Shown here in pieces: positions 26,385 through 40,657 of a stretch of 63,867 bases of DNA. The notes below the pieces were generated by a model. It was given only the letters and a program-made list of their open reading frames with translations. It ran no database searches and was not told the DNA's origin. The position numbers and the translations under genes were made by a program. This stretch comes from Octopus bimaculoides (lineage: Eukaryota): positions 98,532,210 to 98,596,076 of the forward strand of contig NC_068986.1 of assembly GCF_001194135.2 (NCBI RefSeq). The letters are read 5' to 3'. Position 1 is the first letter of the stretch; every line of letters begins with the position of its first letter.

Positions 26385-27620
26385 CTAAAAAGTAGATGGA
26401 ATATACCTTGACTTTGCAAAAGCTTTTGATAAAGTTGATTATGGTATGATATGCCACAACCTGCGTGATCTTGGCATAGCTGGAAAACTTGGAGAGTGGT
26501 TACATGGCTTTCTGAAATGTAGAAGTCAGGCAGTGGTGGCCAATGGAGCCACCTCAAAGAAAACACTAAGAGTGAGTGGTGTTCCAGAGAGCACTATCCT
26601 GGTACCACTGATTTTCATAGTAGCCCTCTCAGATATGCCCCCAGCTGCCCGGATAGCCACCCTTGCTAGTTAAGTAGACGATACGAAAGTCTCGCAAAAA
26701 ATACAAAACCCTAGCGATGTTGCACGCCTGCAGGAGGAGGTGAACTCAATTTAAAGATGGGCTGATGACAATAATATGCAGTTTAATGCTGGAAAATTTA
26801 AAGCCATGCGCTACAAGCACTGAACATAAAACTCACGAAATACACTGGCCCACGTGGGGATTACAATCCCAGAACCTAAATCAGTGCGGAACCTGGGTAT
26901 CGATATGAGTGATGATACCACTTTTCAAATGCACAATATCAAGATGGTGACAAAGTGTAGACAACTGACTGGCTGGATGGATCCTGAGAAACTTCAGAAC
27001 CAGAAAGAAGGAAACCATGATGGACCTCTGGAGGACATTCGTCCTCAGCCGCCTGAACTACTGCTCCCAGCTATGGTCAACCCACAATGTAAAATTAACA
27101 GCGGATCTTGAAATAATCCAGCGAAACTTCACAAAGAAGATCATCTCATTGAAAAAGCTCACCTACTGAGGAAGGCTGAAACATCTAAGTCTCTACTCCC
27201 TGGAGCGAAGGAGGGAGAGATATGCAGTAAAATACATCTGGAAGATCCTGGAAGGGATTGTGCCAACTTTTGACATTAAAGGCTGCACAAATGCCAATAC
27301 GGGTCGACTTTGCACAGTGCCAAAGACACCAGCAATGCCATCGTGCTTCAGGACCAGTTCCTGTAATAGCATGGTTTTCAGGGACCCACAGCTTTGAGAG
27401 ACCTACACAAAGTGGATGTAGGTGTTTTCAACTAATAAATGGATCTCTGCCTGTCGAGAGTCCCAGAGGTACCCACCTCGTGGCAGGAGGTGCAAATGAG
27501 GGCAGCGACATCAAACTCCCTTATTCACCAAATGCCACATATCAGAGGAGGTTCTGATAATAACAGTGTAGCAAAACAGCAGTACACCAGTATAATCATG
27601 GCTTTCAGCTGAAACTTATA
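26385..27620 (+). mobile_element. 5'-truncated CR1/L2-group LINE (RT pseudogene)
   Basis: YLDFAKAFDKVDYGMICHNLRDLGIAGKLGEWLHGFL, SGVPESTILVPLIF, *VDDTKV (YxDD), WADDNNMQFNAGKF, VRNLGIDMSDD; stops and frameshifts. Confidence 0.9.
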
Positions 27621-28035
27621 AATTATTGGATACAGTGGAACCAAGTTAAGTGAAGGAGGAAACTGTTTCTTACGGCTTCACATACATATGCAGGTATATA
27701 TGCATATATACATTTATATTTTCCCATACATATATATTTATATATGTATATATACATTTATACATGCACCCATATAAGTTTCTTAGATACACACTTATTA
27801 TTCCGAGAGGCGCAATAGAATAACGTAAAATAAATATAAAAGGTACATGCATATATCTATTTGTATATGCACTATGAACAATTCTTATATGCATTCTAAG
27901 TGTTTATAAAACGGATATAGACAATAAAATATGAAACAATCAAGTGAAATAAGACATAATATGATATACAAACATATGGATGAAAGAGAATATATCCACA
28001 AATATTCCTACCATAGACCTAATCCATATACAAGT

Positions 28036-28071
<36 letters not shown>

Positions 28072-28372
28072 TCCCACGTATATTCTTCTAAGATTCATTT
28101 TGCTATTTTTAAAACCCTAAGAGAAATTCATATAGTATGGTGAACTACGGGTGTAAAAAAAGGTGCCGAAACAATTGTAGTGATTTAAATAATGTATGTC
28201 CTTCTATTTTATATCAGCTGTCTACGTATACAAACTACGGTTACTGTGGAATCCCTAATGCATATCCAGTAACAGGAGTATTTCCACTATAGGATGATAT
28301 CAGGTAACCAATGACATTGGACGAGCTTTGCAGAACATTCTAGAAGGTCTTTGGCACAGAATCTCTCCTCCT

Positions 28373-28495
<123 letters not shown>

Positions 28496-29207
28496 CTTCA
28501 ACTGCTGTTCTAAATTTAAGTTTTCCGCCGTTTAGATATACAACATTATATATTGTGTTAAATATTGCTTTTATATGCAATGTGTATTCTGTTATAATAC
28601 GATTCCCTTATGTTTGCCATTTCATTTCACTATATTGTATATTGAATTTAACAAATATATTTAGAATTTACGTATACAGTACGTGGCAATATACCAGCAT
28701 ATGTATATATTGAAACAAGGATTTGTGCATATAAATATATTTGTAAATCATGGATATTAACACAAAAGTGGAAAATGACACATGCACATGTATATTTATT
28801 CATGTGTAAGTTAAATATTCATTATATTTCCAAACTATGGCTTAGTTCAAAATGCCTTTTAACAGGATGTGCAATCAGTGAATTGAGATGAAATTCCTTT
28901 TGCTTAAATTTCGATCGCTGGTTATTCAGTGATCACGTGATCGTGAAATTCAACAGTCATTTATCATTCATCCGGAGGGCTTGTATGAAATTATAGAAAA
29001 ATAATTTGAGCATATGTAAGCAGATTCAAATCAGAATGCTTCTTTTGTTTAGCGTGAGAGTGCGGTTGTGAATGATACAGCGTTTCTCTCTAAGACAGAA
29101 TTCTCCTTTGTGTTTCTCGTTTTATAATGTGCTTAAAAATTATTCTGGCGTTCTCATGATTTCGATAACGAAATGGGCTATTGTAATGGTACAAGTGACA
29201 TACTTAA

Positions 29208-29443
29208 CCCTTTAGCATTAGGCCATATCAAGCTTAAATGCTCTACATGTATTTCGGTCAAACTGGCCGGATCCTACTTCTCACACATGCACGCGCATGC
29301 GCACACACAGACACATTAGAATATCATTCTAAGAATGAACAATCACATCATTGAAATCTTAAAGCTATGAGATAATGCACGATTAATTCAAAATTATATG
29401 AATAAATAAGCGTTACATGAGACAGAGTAATCTGTCTAAAGGG
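29208..29443. mobile_element. piggyBac-like MITE
   Basis: TTAA on both sides (29204-29207, 29444-29447); termini CCCTTTAGCA ... TGTCTAAAGGG. Confidence 0.8.
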
Positions 29444-30111
29444 TTAATGTGTAAACGAAAGAAATCATCCAGTTCTATTTTTAAGAGATGAGGAATTATG
29501 TACATTATTTACATTATTTACATTCGACGGATATTTGTCCTCATCTTGTTTGTTGTCATCGTTCTGAAATAACCTTATATATGTTGATATTATATGCAGC
29601 AGAAAATGATAATCCTATATGAAACACTTCCGGTGCGAGTTACATTATTATGTTATATTTTATATTTGTATGTATGTATGTATGTATGTATGGATGTATC
29701 TATGTGTTTATATATGTATATTAATATGTTTCAATTTACATCTTTTACATGTTTCAATTTTGGATTGTGTCCATAGTGTGACATCTTAAAGGGTTTACTG
29801 GAATAAATCGACTGGAGTACGTATTTAAATGTCTGTCTAAAACTTGTTTTATCCGTCTCTTCTGCCGAACCATTAACTTACAGGCACATAAACAAACCAA
29901 CAAGGCTTTTCAAGCAGTGGTGGGATACAGACAAACATAGAGATACATACACATATACACACATACGCACGCGCACAAACACAAACACACACACACACAA
30001 ACATGCATCACTTTGTCTCTCTCTCGCTGGATATATGTGTGTCTGTGTGTATGTGTGCATGTTTGTGTGAGTGTGTGTTTGTGTGTGTTTGTGTGTGTGA
30101 GTGCGTGTATG

Positions 30112-30168
<57 letters not shown>

Positions 30169-33100
30169 ATATAAATACAAACATGGAACAAGATATGCAA
30201 AGCATCCAGACAGTACGTGATACAAGAAAGGGACAACAAAACATCCAGATAGATGATACAATGAAAACAAAGACGGAAAACAAAACGGAGAAAGTTACAC
30301 AAATACAAACAACAGGACATAACAACAAGTTTCTTTCGACTAAGGACGAATTAAATTAATCTGACGTGTGTGGAAGTAGAGCCTTACGGCAGAGATACAA
30401 GATTTCACAGGCACAGGGAATAATATAGATGCTGCACGGGCAACGGCCGAACCAAGAAAGAAAGTTCAGGCTTGGCCGAACACCGATCACGTGGGGAGAA
30501 GAGAGAGGGGTACAGGCAGAGAGAAATAAGGAGGAGCGGGAAAAATGACAGGGACGAAAATGTGTGTCCATGTGTGTGTGTCTGTGTGTGTTTGTGTGTG
30601 TGTGTGTGAGTATGTGTGTGTGTGTGTGTGTGTATGGCTGTGTGTGTGTACAACATGCCTTAAAAATAGAATTTATCAATCAAACATATACTTTGAACAA
30701 TAAGAAAACAATCGGTCGGACAGACAAAGAGGAATAGCAGAAGAGTTTGTTTATTAACATTCAAAGAGGAAAAACATATTTTGTATAATACTCGACCAGG
30801 TGAAAAGTGCACGCTATCAATATTCGCAACAAACTTAATAAAGTAATTTCTTCTCAAAGCAAGCATTGTTATATTAATGGGTCATTGTAAACTGATATTT
30901 TTTTTATTTGTCAATTGTATATACACTCTATAGTTTACAAAAAGAGACTTCTATACTGATTGTACTTCTTTCATTACTCGACAAGTTCGATGAGACACAT
31001 CCATTTAGCAATAAGAAGTAACGTAAACGAAAACAAAGAGATTATTTGTTTTATTTCTCAACTAAGCTGTATCGTTGGGGTTATCTCTCTTTCAAAATAA
31101 ATCAATTTAGTTGTAATTTTGAAATTGATTAGTGTTCAGTAGTCTATTATATTGCTTTTACTTATTGAATCAAAGAAAGACTACAAAACTTTAGCTGACA
31201 ATGCTCTTGTTTTCTAAACAAAAAAAGAAAAACCGAATGCTGAAAAAGATATTGGAATTGCAATAAATACCATAAACGTTAAGTTACGTGCTTATTTAAC
31301 AACGTTCATTGACCAACTTATAAAGTCTTCCAGGGAACATACTAACATATTAAATGCCTGTGGATTTACAGTTACAACACTGTGAGAATGATACATGGAC
31401 ATATTAAGTCGTCGAATGAAGTGCCTCATTCAATAACATCTAGTAAGAATGAAGACTTCGGTGAAGCAGCAGTAATCAGTCTATCGATTATAATTGGCAT
31501 TAAAAGAACGATGCAAGCTATTAAAAATCAAAAGAATTGTCCACCAACTTCCCTAATTAAAATAGAGCAAACACATTTTCCTGATTAATTTACCAAATTA
31601 TCTAAAAGAAGTTTCTACTGGATGATCCAGAGCCAGTTGAAGAGCGTAAATTAATGTTTGTTAAAAAAATTAATTTGTTATGTGTCAATTTTAATACTTC
31701 ATTTGTCTTATTTCTGAGGGGAAGAATCATATTTAATCGGATTATTTCGTTATAATGAATAATATCAAATTCCAACTACATACATGGAATTCGGTATAAG
31801 ATTCACCTCAAAGTAAGGCCAAATTATATTTGAATTAAGTTAAATACTGCCGTATGTATCTTAATTAGAAAGGCAGTGAGCTAAAATTTGGTTTTGCAAT
31901 TGAATTTATATTTCGATTTCAGTGCAGGAGGTATCTATGGAACAAGACTTCCCCTTCACAAATGTTAAATTGAATGAAACAATCAAAATGACGACTGCAG
32001 TGAAGAAGGATCTCAAGCCTGTTATTTAGCTACAGTAGAAATACATTCACTTCGGTAACTGTTGAAGATAGTTGTCATGGATTCGCTTAAGCTGACAGAA
32101 GCCAGAAGAATGTGATGAATCAGCAGTATATTTCCCGTGTCTAAATAGATATTCGCATACACAATGGCTACAACTTGTAACCAAGAGAAAATGCTCTGGA
32201 CAAAAACAAAAAAAAAAAAGAATCATGCTTCCATTTACATTTGAATTCTTAATTTAACAATTTTGTCAGAAAGTGAGAATACGTTTGCTGACAAAGCATT
32301 TAAGATTTCCTTTGAAAGTTTTAAATGTATATTTGATTTAAAGTAAACACTGTTTTTATCTTAGTTGAAAACGCAGTCAACTTAAATTTGATTCTACAAT
32401 CAAAATTGTATTACGATTTCTATGCAGTAATTATCTATGGAATAATTCTCTACATTCACAATTCATCTGGTGCATGCAGATTGGAAGCATTCTGAGCCAT
32501 TTTAGTATCAGTGGAACTGAGTTCATTTCAATGGCCGTTGACGATATTTACCACAATTTTCTTTGAGCTGCTAGAAGCCAGTAAATGCCATAAACTAAGA
32601 GGGAGATATAAACTTCTTTATAACTATGCATACTACAGTATGGCTGCAACCAGGAGTCACTTGAAAATAGCTCGAACGAAAGAATATGCTTCTGTTTATA
32701 TTTGAGCTCTTACCTTAACAATTCTATTACAATCAAGATTTTGTGTCCTAACGAAATATTTAAGACATTTCCATTATATTTTACCAATTTTGTCCATCAC
32801 ATGGATTTAAAAAAGAATGCTTCTTACCTCTGGTAACTGCTTCGTTACTTCACATATCAGAGCTATTAGAAAAAGTCAAAATATTTAGAATCCTTAGGCA
32901 AACTATCATCAGTAACCATTGATATTAAGTAAGAATTAAGTAAGACGTATTCAAAGATTATGTGAAAAAATTCACAATGCAAACAGAGAGGATGCATGTC
33001 CAAAATTTGAGAATAAACAATATATTTATAATGTAATTCAAAGCAAATTTATGAATTAGATGCAAAATATGTCTCAAGTTTACGCATGTAGTGGGCTTTC

Positions 33101-33469
33101 TCATGTGTCCCTGTATACATAAAAGCTGATCCTTGTAATGTATTTTTTAATAGAAACGCCTCTCATATAGCAAAAAACTCGGCTTATTACTTTAAAGACA
33201 GACACTGAACGACCAAAAAGAAAGAATCTTTCATGACCGTAATACTTTCCACATGATATGTTCAAAAATTATAATGAAGTCTAGAGAATTTGAGGAAAAC
33301 ACAACTCTATTGAAGAATGGAATATAGAAAGCAAATCCTATCAGTACAGTCCTCAGCAAGTCATATCAGTAAAAATATTTTTAAAATATATAAGAAATCT
33401 AAGTAAGAAGTATAGAGAGATAAAAAGCTTATACATAGACACAATATAGAAAGCAAGTCCTAGGCTCTC

Positions 33470-34760
33470 CCATAAGAGGAAAGAATTTCCACCAAAAAGA
33501 GAACGATAATTTATAAATGCTTGAATCGCAGAGAGAGAGAAAGCCGCTACACCCATCCCCAACTGAAACAGAAAAATGCCTGTCTGTCGAAGAAAACAAT
33601 ATGGAACGAAAGGGAAGCGCGTGGGATGACTATAATGACCTGATCCTCTGACCAGTACGTGATGCTCCCTTTATACATGGGACGCCGTGTGACCAAAGTC
33701 AGGGTCTCAGACGTACCTCCTCATAGGGACCAGGCTAGAGTAATGGCCATGCTGGAGGAGCACGGGGAGGAGATAAGCTTACGATCAAGCCCTCAACAAA
33801 ACAGAACAGGACTGTCCATAGAGTTCCAGGCTTTGGTTAGTTGCTCCCGAAGTTCAGGCTCTCCCGGACTGTTTTCTATTTCGGAGAGTGCGAGCAGATG
33901 TGGATGTTGTGGAAGGTAAGAAACCCAGGTGTTACATTTATGGCAAAACCGGCCACTTAAAAGCTTTCTGCCCCGCTCTAGAGAAGTCGAAAGAGGTGCC
34001 TCATGCTGTTCCAATGTTCCTAGCGCCAAATCCGTTGCAATCCAAAAGAGAAAAGCAGCAGCAACCTCAACGTCAAACATTGGAAGAGAGGAGCAATAAG
34101 GCCATAAGAAATCCTACCGACTCCTTAGATATAAGAAGGAGCCACAGATGAGACAAAAACCACCCGAGTGGGTGATCGTCGAGCGAACCTCAAAAAGAAA
34201 AAGGGAGAGACAATATAGAGACGTAACCCGTAGATCACAAACGTTTGTGGGCATAAATCTGAATAGCTTCGCGGCAGCCAATCTCGAAAACGCTGCAACC
34301 AATCTCAAAATCAAAGCTGCAAGCCAACAACCTCAGCAGCAGCAACAACAGCAGCAGTAGCAGCAACAGCAGCAGCAACAACGGAAGCTATAACAACAGC
34401 AACAAGTGATAAATCGACTACAACAATATCAAGGAATGAACCAGCATTCTCAGCAACAGCGAGAGACACATGATCTGCAACAGAGGAATCCGAAACAAAA
34501 AGAACCAAAACGACAATAATCACATCAACCACATGAGACGGAACTTTCTGAACAACACTTTTGTACGGAAGGACAACAAGGAATTAATCGAATCTGAAAA
34601 CACAAACTAAACAACATTTTGACAACGGGCGAGGGTTTTAATGCTCTCACCATTGCCAATCCCAGAAGAGAGGCTTCTGATTAGAACAACTCCCACTGTG
34701 TATCGTTTTCTGAGGAAACGTCTCCCACACGATGTGGGGGTTTTCAAAGACATATTAGGT
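33470..34760 (+). mobile_element. Retrotransposon ORF1/gag-like remnant
   Basis: PLYMGRRVTKVRVSDVPP, then KKPRCYIYGKTGHLKAFCP (degenerate Cx2Cx4Hx4C knuckle) and a Gln/Thr-rich low-complexity tail; frameshifted. Confidence 0.6.
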
Positions 34761-35300
34761 GTATGAATATATATATATATATATATANNNNNNNNNNNNN
34801 NNNNNNNNNNNNNNNNNNNNNNNNNNNNNNNNNNNNNNNNNNNNNNNNNNNNNNNNNNNNNNNNNNNNNNNNNNNNNNNNNNNNNNNNNNNNNNNNNNNN
34901 NNNNNNNNNNNNNNNNNNNNNNNNNNNNNNNNNNNNNNNNNNNNNNNNNNNNNNNNNNNNNNNNNNNNNNNNNNNNNNNNNNNNNNNNNNNNNNNNNNNN
35001 NNNNNNNNNNNNNNNNNNNNNNNNNNNNNNNNNNNNNNNNNNNNNNNNNNNNNNNNNNNNNNNNNNNNNNNNNNNNNNNNNNNNNNNNNNNNNNNNNCGT
35101 ATATGTGTGTGTATGTATGTGTGTACAAGCATGGGGTTAGATTTTTGTTTTCAAGATTATGGGGATATTTATTTTTCTTGTAATATTTACTTGAATTTTT
35201 TTATTGATTCCCTCACTCTTGCTACACATGCCAATCCTTAATGTATTTACCACATGATTCATACAAGTACACATGCACTTACATACATACACTTACATAC

Positions 35301-35333
<33 letters not shown>

Positions 35334-35599
35334 CATACATACATACATACATACATGACATTAAGTGCAGCCTCTCTTCGACTCGTGACTGCTATATTAC
35401 ATCGAACTTCGAAGACATTTACATTCCAAGAACAGGATAATGCTACAAAATACCTAAGAAAAAAATACGCCTTCTGCAGCTCCAAGATGCAACCGCAAAT
35501 GTCGATCGTGTCATACATTTATGAAATGAATTACACGTGATTTGCAATTGCTCAAAAATGTCATCAAGTTACTTCCTTCCAATGCGACACTACGCTGTC

Positions 35600-36050
35600 A
35601 AAAATGCATTATATAATGTCACTTGGCAAAAAAAGATATAGAGAATCCCTGTTATCGAATTCATATAGAAATATCAACACAAGAAACACATTTGTCAGGT
35701 GTAAACACATCACGCTGGATATTGTTGTTTGGAAGAGGCAAGAAAAGGTATGTACCGTCAAAGAGGTCAGCTGTCCTGTCGATGCGAATTTGCTTTTGAA
35801 GCTCAAAGAGAAAGGGGGATAACTATTGACAACTTCTTTGTAATCTCTAACTTCTTCATCCAGATTAAAAATTCACGTTTACACCAATAGCAATTGATGC
35901 GCTTGGTTCTGTGAGTAAACACCTAAGTGACATTATGCAAGACGTTTCTCAAGTTTAAACTGTGACTTTGTTTTTTTTTTTAATCGAAATTTCAGTAGTA
36001 GAGCTTTGTATTTCTGTAAGAAAGGTATTCCTTCGTCAGAAGAAGAATTT
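35600..36050 (+). mobile_element. RLE endonuclease C-terminus of an R2-group LINE, distinct from families A-C
   Basis: CKHITLDIVVWKRQEKVCTVKEVSCPVDANL..EKG and FTPIAIDALGSV follow the PD-(D/E)xK RLE pattern. Confidence 0.7.
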
Positions 36051-36330
36051 AAATAATTAACAACAGAAGAGAACATACATGTATAGCTGTGTGTTTGTAT
36101 GTATGTATGCATGTATGTGTGTGTGTGTATATATATGTATGTATATATATATGTCATTGTTCAGTTTTATCTGAAGATTTCTTGCCGATAGAGAAAGAGN
36201 NNNNNNNNNNNNNNNNNNNNNNNNNNNNNNNNNNNNNNNNNNNNNNNNNNNNNNNNNNNNNNNNNNNNNNNNNNNNNNNNNNNNNNNNNNNNNNNNNNNN
36301 NNNNNNNNNNNNNNNNNNNNNNNNNNNNNN

Positions 36331-36365
<35 letters not shown>

Positions 36366-36593
36366 GAGAATATACAAATAATAACAACATATATATATAT
36401 AAAATCAGTGTACATTTAAGCACAAGAGAGGCGACCCTAAACAGGCAGCCTTACATGCTAGAAGCAGTCAAAACGACCAAAACCACATTTCAGTGCAATT
36501 TCGAAAGGAATGGAGAATAAAAACTTTTAGAAAGAAATACTTACACAGACAAGTTGACAGACGGGCATGCAGAAAGGCATGCAGACAGACTGC

Positions 36594-36650
<57 letters not shown>

Positions 36651-36660
36651 CATACATACA

Positions 36661-36691
<31 letters not shown>

Positions 36692-37283
36692 TGATATACG
36701 TCAACATACTCTACCACAAATAGAGATACATGCGCTCACACACTTATGTATTCCAGTTAACGACGATTGATCACTGCGTCAAGAAATTAACACGTCGTGT
36801 TAAAAGGGTTTTTGTTGCATCCCTTTATATTAATTAGATTTAGACCTTCTTTAAATAGATAATTATATATATCAGACTACATCTGATATCATCGACTAAA
36901 ATTATTTCAGAGTTTTCCCAGCTTAATACTAGAGGCCAAAGATAAAAAGCAAGAAAAGGATAGAAGACCAAAATGCATGCATGCTCTTAGGTATATATGT
37001 GTAACATCACAAAATTGTTATGTCTCGAACGTATATCTATATATACAGTTGATAATATATTGGGTTAAAAACGCTTTACAATAAGTAATGGCGGAAATCC
37101 ATCTGAGTGGCTCGAATCACAAAACTATTGTAAACCAGTCAGTTGTTATACTAGTACGCCAAAGCAATTTCTCAACTTTCAGACATCCCAATTAAATGTT
37201 TTGTTGGTACAAGCGACAATATAAGGTTCTTTACATTTAGAAAATAGATAAACATCGAGAAGCACGCAAATAAGTAGTTTATT

Positions 37284-37497
37284 CTTTTCTACTCAAAGCA
37301 CAAGACCGGAAATATTGTGGGAGGAAGCCAGTCGGTTAGATCGATCCCAGTACACAACTGGTACTTAATTTAACGACCCCGAAAGGATGAAAGGTGACGT
37401 CGACCTCGGCGGAATTTGAACTCAGAACGTGAAGACAGACGAAATTCCGCTAAGCATTTCGACCGGCGTGTTAATGTTTCTGCCAACTCACCGCCTT
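37284..37497 (-). mobile_element. Full-length tRNA-derived SINE with 16-bp TSD
   Basis: A-box-like/B-box-like head (gagttggcagaaac; gagttcaaattcc); TSD aaataagtagtttatt at 37268-37283 and 37498-37513. Confidence 0.88.
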
Positions 37498-37779
37498 AAA
37501 TAAGTAGTTTATTAATGATATATCTCGATGGGATATAAAAAAACAACAATAATACACCATATATTTATATAATTCTATGTGACTTAGGCATTCATTCAGT
37601 CTTTCTCGAAATTGTGTGTTTTATGCAGTCTTTCAAATCGACATGGTAGATACTGATTAATACTGAAAGTAAATGTAACATTCTTGGAAGTATATTGCAA
37701 TATTCATTCAGTTATTAAATTCTTTCGTAACGCGAATCGTATCTGTGAGTTCACATAAATGAACTGCCTTTAATGCATA

Positions 37780-38560
37780 GGTTATTTCTACCTATTGTGT
37801 TGTAATACCGATAATAATTTTACAGCAAATGCACACTTTTATCCTTGAGAAACATTTCTTATGAAATATTTGCATTATAGACGTTGCTCACTTATCTGAT
37901 TTCATATTTTATTCTCCGACTGGTTTAAGTATATGAAACCCGGTCATGTGGGAGCCTTGTTTCTATAGATTGTTTTCGTCGACTAAGAACCCCCCGTTCC
38001 CATCTGGTAATTGCATTATTGATCTCTACTTACAGAATCACTAAGTCCACTCAAGTGATATAAGTCAATGAACTACTAGATATTTTTGACTTACTCTTCA
38101 CTTTAAGGACCATGGCACTTGCCGCGCTTATCCATAATCGCTTGCGCTTCACATTGTCATTGACGATCCATCTTTTAATTCCCTGTCACCGTTTTCTTCA
38201 AACAAGGATCGTTTTCTTCACATTTGTGTAAAGAATCAGAGACGAAAATCCGTTGGGCGAGGTTAGCCTCATTCAATTGTTGCAGAACCAAAACATCGAG
38301 CCTGCTGAAGTAACCAAGTTCATTCAGATGATTTTCAACACTCTATTTGGTTATTTGGGGAATGTCTGCGATCATCTTGGTCGTATAACTGGAGTTAATG
38401 TTGCTGTTAATCTCAGTTGGCTGACTAGAGCATGGTTCGTCTTGCATTGTGTTATTTTGAATATAGTTATTTGGTTGCAGACCCCCTTTGAATCTTTTTA
38501 TTACCACTGGGTCATAGATAGTCCCTAGATGGTAACATTGATTTCCAGGCCTTTCTAGAT
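37780..38560 (-). mobile_element. Degenerate mariner transposase
   Basis: RFKGG..MQDEPCSSQPTE, SVENHLNELGYFSRLDVLVLQQLNEANLAQRI, DPCLKKTVTGN*KWIVNDNVKRKR. Confidence 0.8.
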
Positions 38561-39491
38561 GAGCGATTGGTTATTCAAAGAGAATTATAGACTGCAAATT
38601 TATTCTGACCAGTTACCTATCGGCATAGTGATCATTAGCAAACTCCAGAGGTGACACTTTCATTTCCCCTTAGCCCTCACGTCACAGAGTTGTTAATGTT
38701 TATTTGACTTCGGTTACTCCCTTCCAGTTGCTACAGATCCGTAATCCAACTTACGGGTGTGCCGGTCACCTGTATGATGAGGAATCCTACATTGGGAAGT
38801 AGTAACGACTAGGGCGAGGTAGCTGACTGCTTATTGTTATCATTCATCTTTTGGTTTCCTCTAGCTTTGCTCTCTTTTACAAACCCAGTGAACATTCATA
38901 TATTTCCGATTACACAGAAATTCGAACAATAGATATAAGACACACTTTAAAAAAGATTCCCAACAGTTTTACTTCTCTAGTTGACTTTAAGACATCCCTA
39001 ATAGGTGCCTTAACTCCCACATTTTAGAGCTCCATGTGACCCATGTGCTCCACTTTTCAGGAGTAAAACCTGTGAATGAGTTTTATAAGGTATGGATTTT
39101 GGAATCTGAGCATGAAGATGAGTAGTATGGGATAAATATGTCATGATTAGAATTTTTGTTAGGGTGTGTAAAGAGAGAAAGAACCCCCATTAAAATTCTT
39201 AATCACCAATTTTGATGCAATTCGAATCATAGCTACTCCAGTTCATTAGAGAAAATATAGGAAAGTCTAATTTTTGAATTACATGTGACACGGGCAACGC
39301 CGGGTATCTCTGCCAGTAGTTAGGCAGGTATTTGTACAAGTGATTTGTCAGTGAATTTGGTAGACGGGAGGTGTGAGGAGGCCCGTTCTCTCTGTCTCTC
39401 ACACTCTCTCTCTTTCTCTCTCTCTATGTATGTATATATATATATATATATATATATAACAAAGTAGAGGGAGAGAGAGAGACAGACAGAC

Positions 39492-39536
<45 letters not shown>

Positions 39537-40657
39537 GACAGACAGACAGACAGAGAGAGACAGACAGAGAGAGACAGAGAGAGAAAGAGGGAATGGGCCT
39601 ACGCACGCTTCTCGTCTACCAAATTCGCTGACAAGTCATTTGTCAACTTTAGATAACCTAACGTACAAGTACCTGACTAAAAAGCTGCGCATAAGAACTG
39701 AACCCAGAAATTACAAAGTTGCGAAGTGAACTACTTAAATTCACTCCTATATACATATTACTGATATATATTCCTCATATAGAAAGTTCTTACCATGACT
39801 TTTTCTTTTTGTTTTGTTTATTTTTTGTCAAGGTTGACATTCGAAACTCCGTTATCTGGCGTTCTTTCCAACTCTTTCTTAGTTGAGCAACTTGTTATTG
39901 TTAATATTCTATTATTTCCAGTGTTGTAAATATTAGTCAGTTGAATAGAATAAATAATTAAATTATCTGCAAACATACTTGAATTATATTTAGCTGAAAT
40001 ATATGAGATATCTAGAAGCATTGTCTTATAACAACATTATATATACGGAGTAGAAACCTAACAATGTAGAGAATACACCATAGCTATACTATTTTATTAT
40101 TTCATATATTTTTCATCGTCGACTGCTTGACTAGCATCTGAAAGATTTTATTTGTGTGTGCGTACGGTTGTGTATACACGTATATATATGAAAGGTTTTA
40201 TTTGTGTGTGCGTATATTTGTGTATATACACACATGTATGTGTATATAAAGTGTTTTACGTGTAGTATGGCCAAATGTTTACTTAGTCACCGCTCGTCCT
40301 CAGTCTCGATACCACTGTTTCGTGTACTGGATAAATGTCATTTACTACAGTCTGCAGTGCCCCCATTCTTTGTCAATAAAATGGGATAGGCGTAAACTGC
40401 ATAGAAATTGTAATACTTTTGATTTTAAAAATGAATTCTTATCACCGAATGATGGAGATTCGCCACCATCTCCGAGTAAATTATGTCATGCGTAATACTA
40501 TATGAATTTATAGAAGGTGCATAAAACAGATTAAAAAGTTAAACGTTAAAGTACTGTGTTATGTATGAGGCTTCTTATGTCCCCACATTATTATTCTTTT
40601 CTAGTGCTTATATTTTCTATATAACTTCTTTTACCAGTGGCTGGACAAAATAATATA

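Noticed and set aside
31923-32030. Plus-strand acceptor and short open frame (QEVSMEQDFPFTNVK...) as a partner for the 22.8-kb exon
   Set aside because: The phase-compatible join gives only a 28-aa peptide; no homology support.
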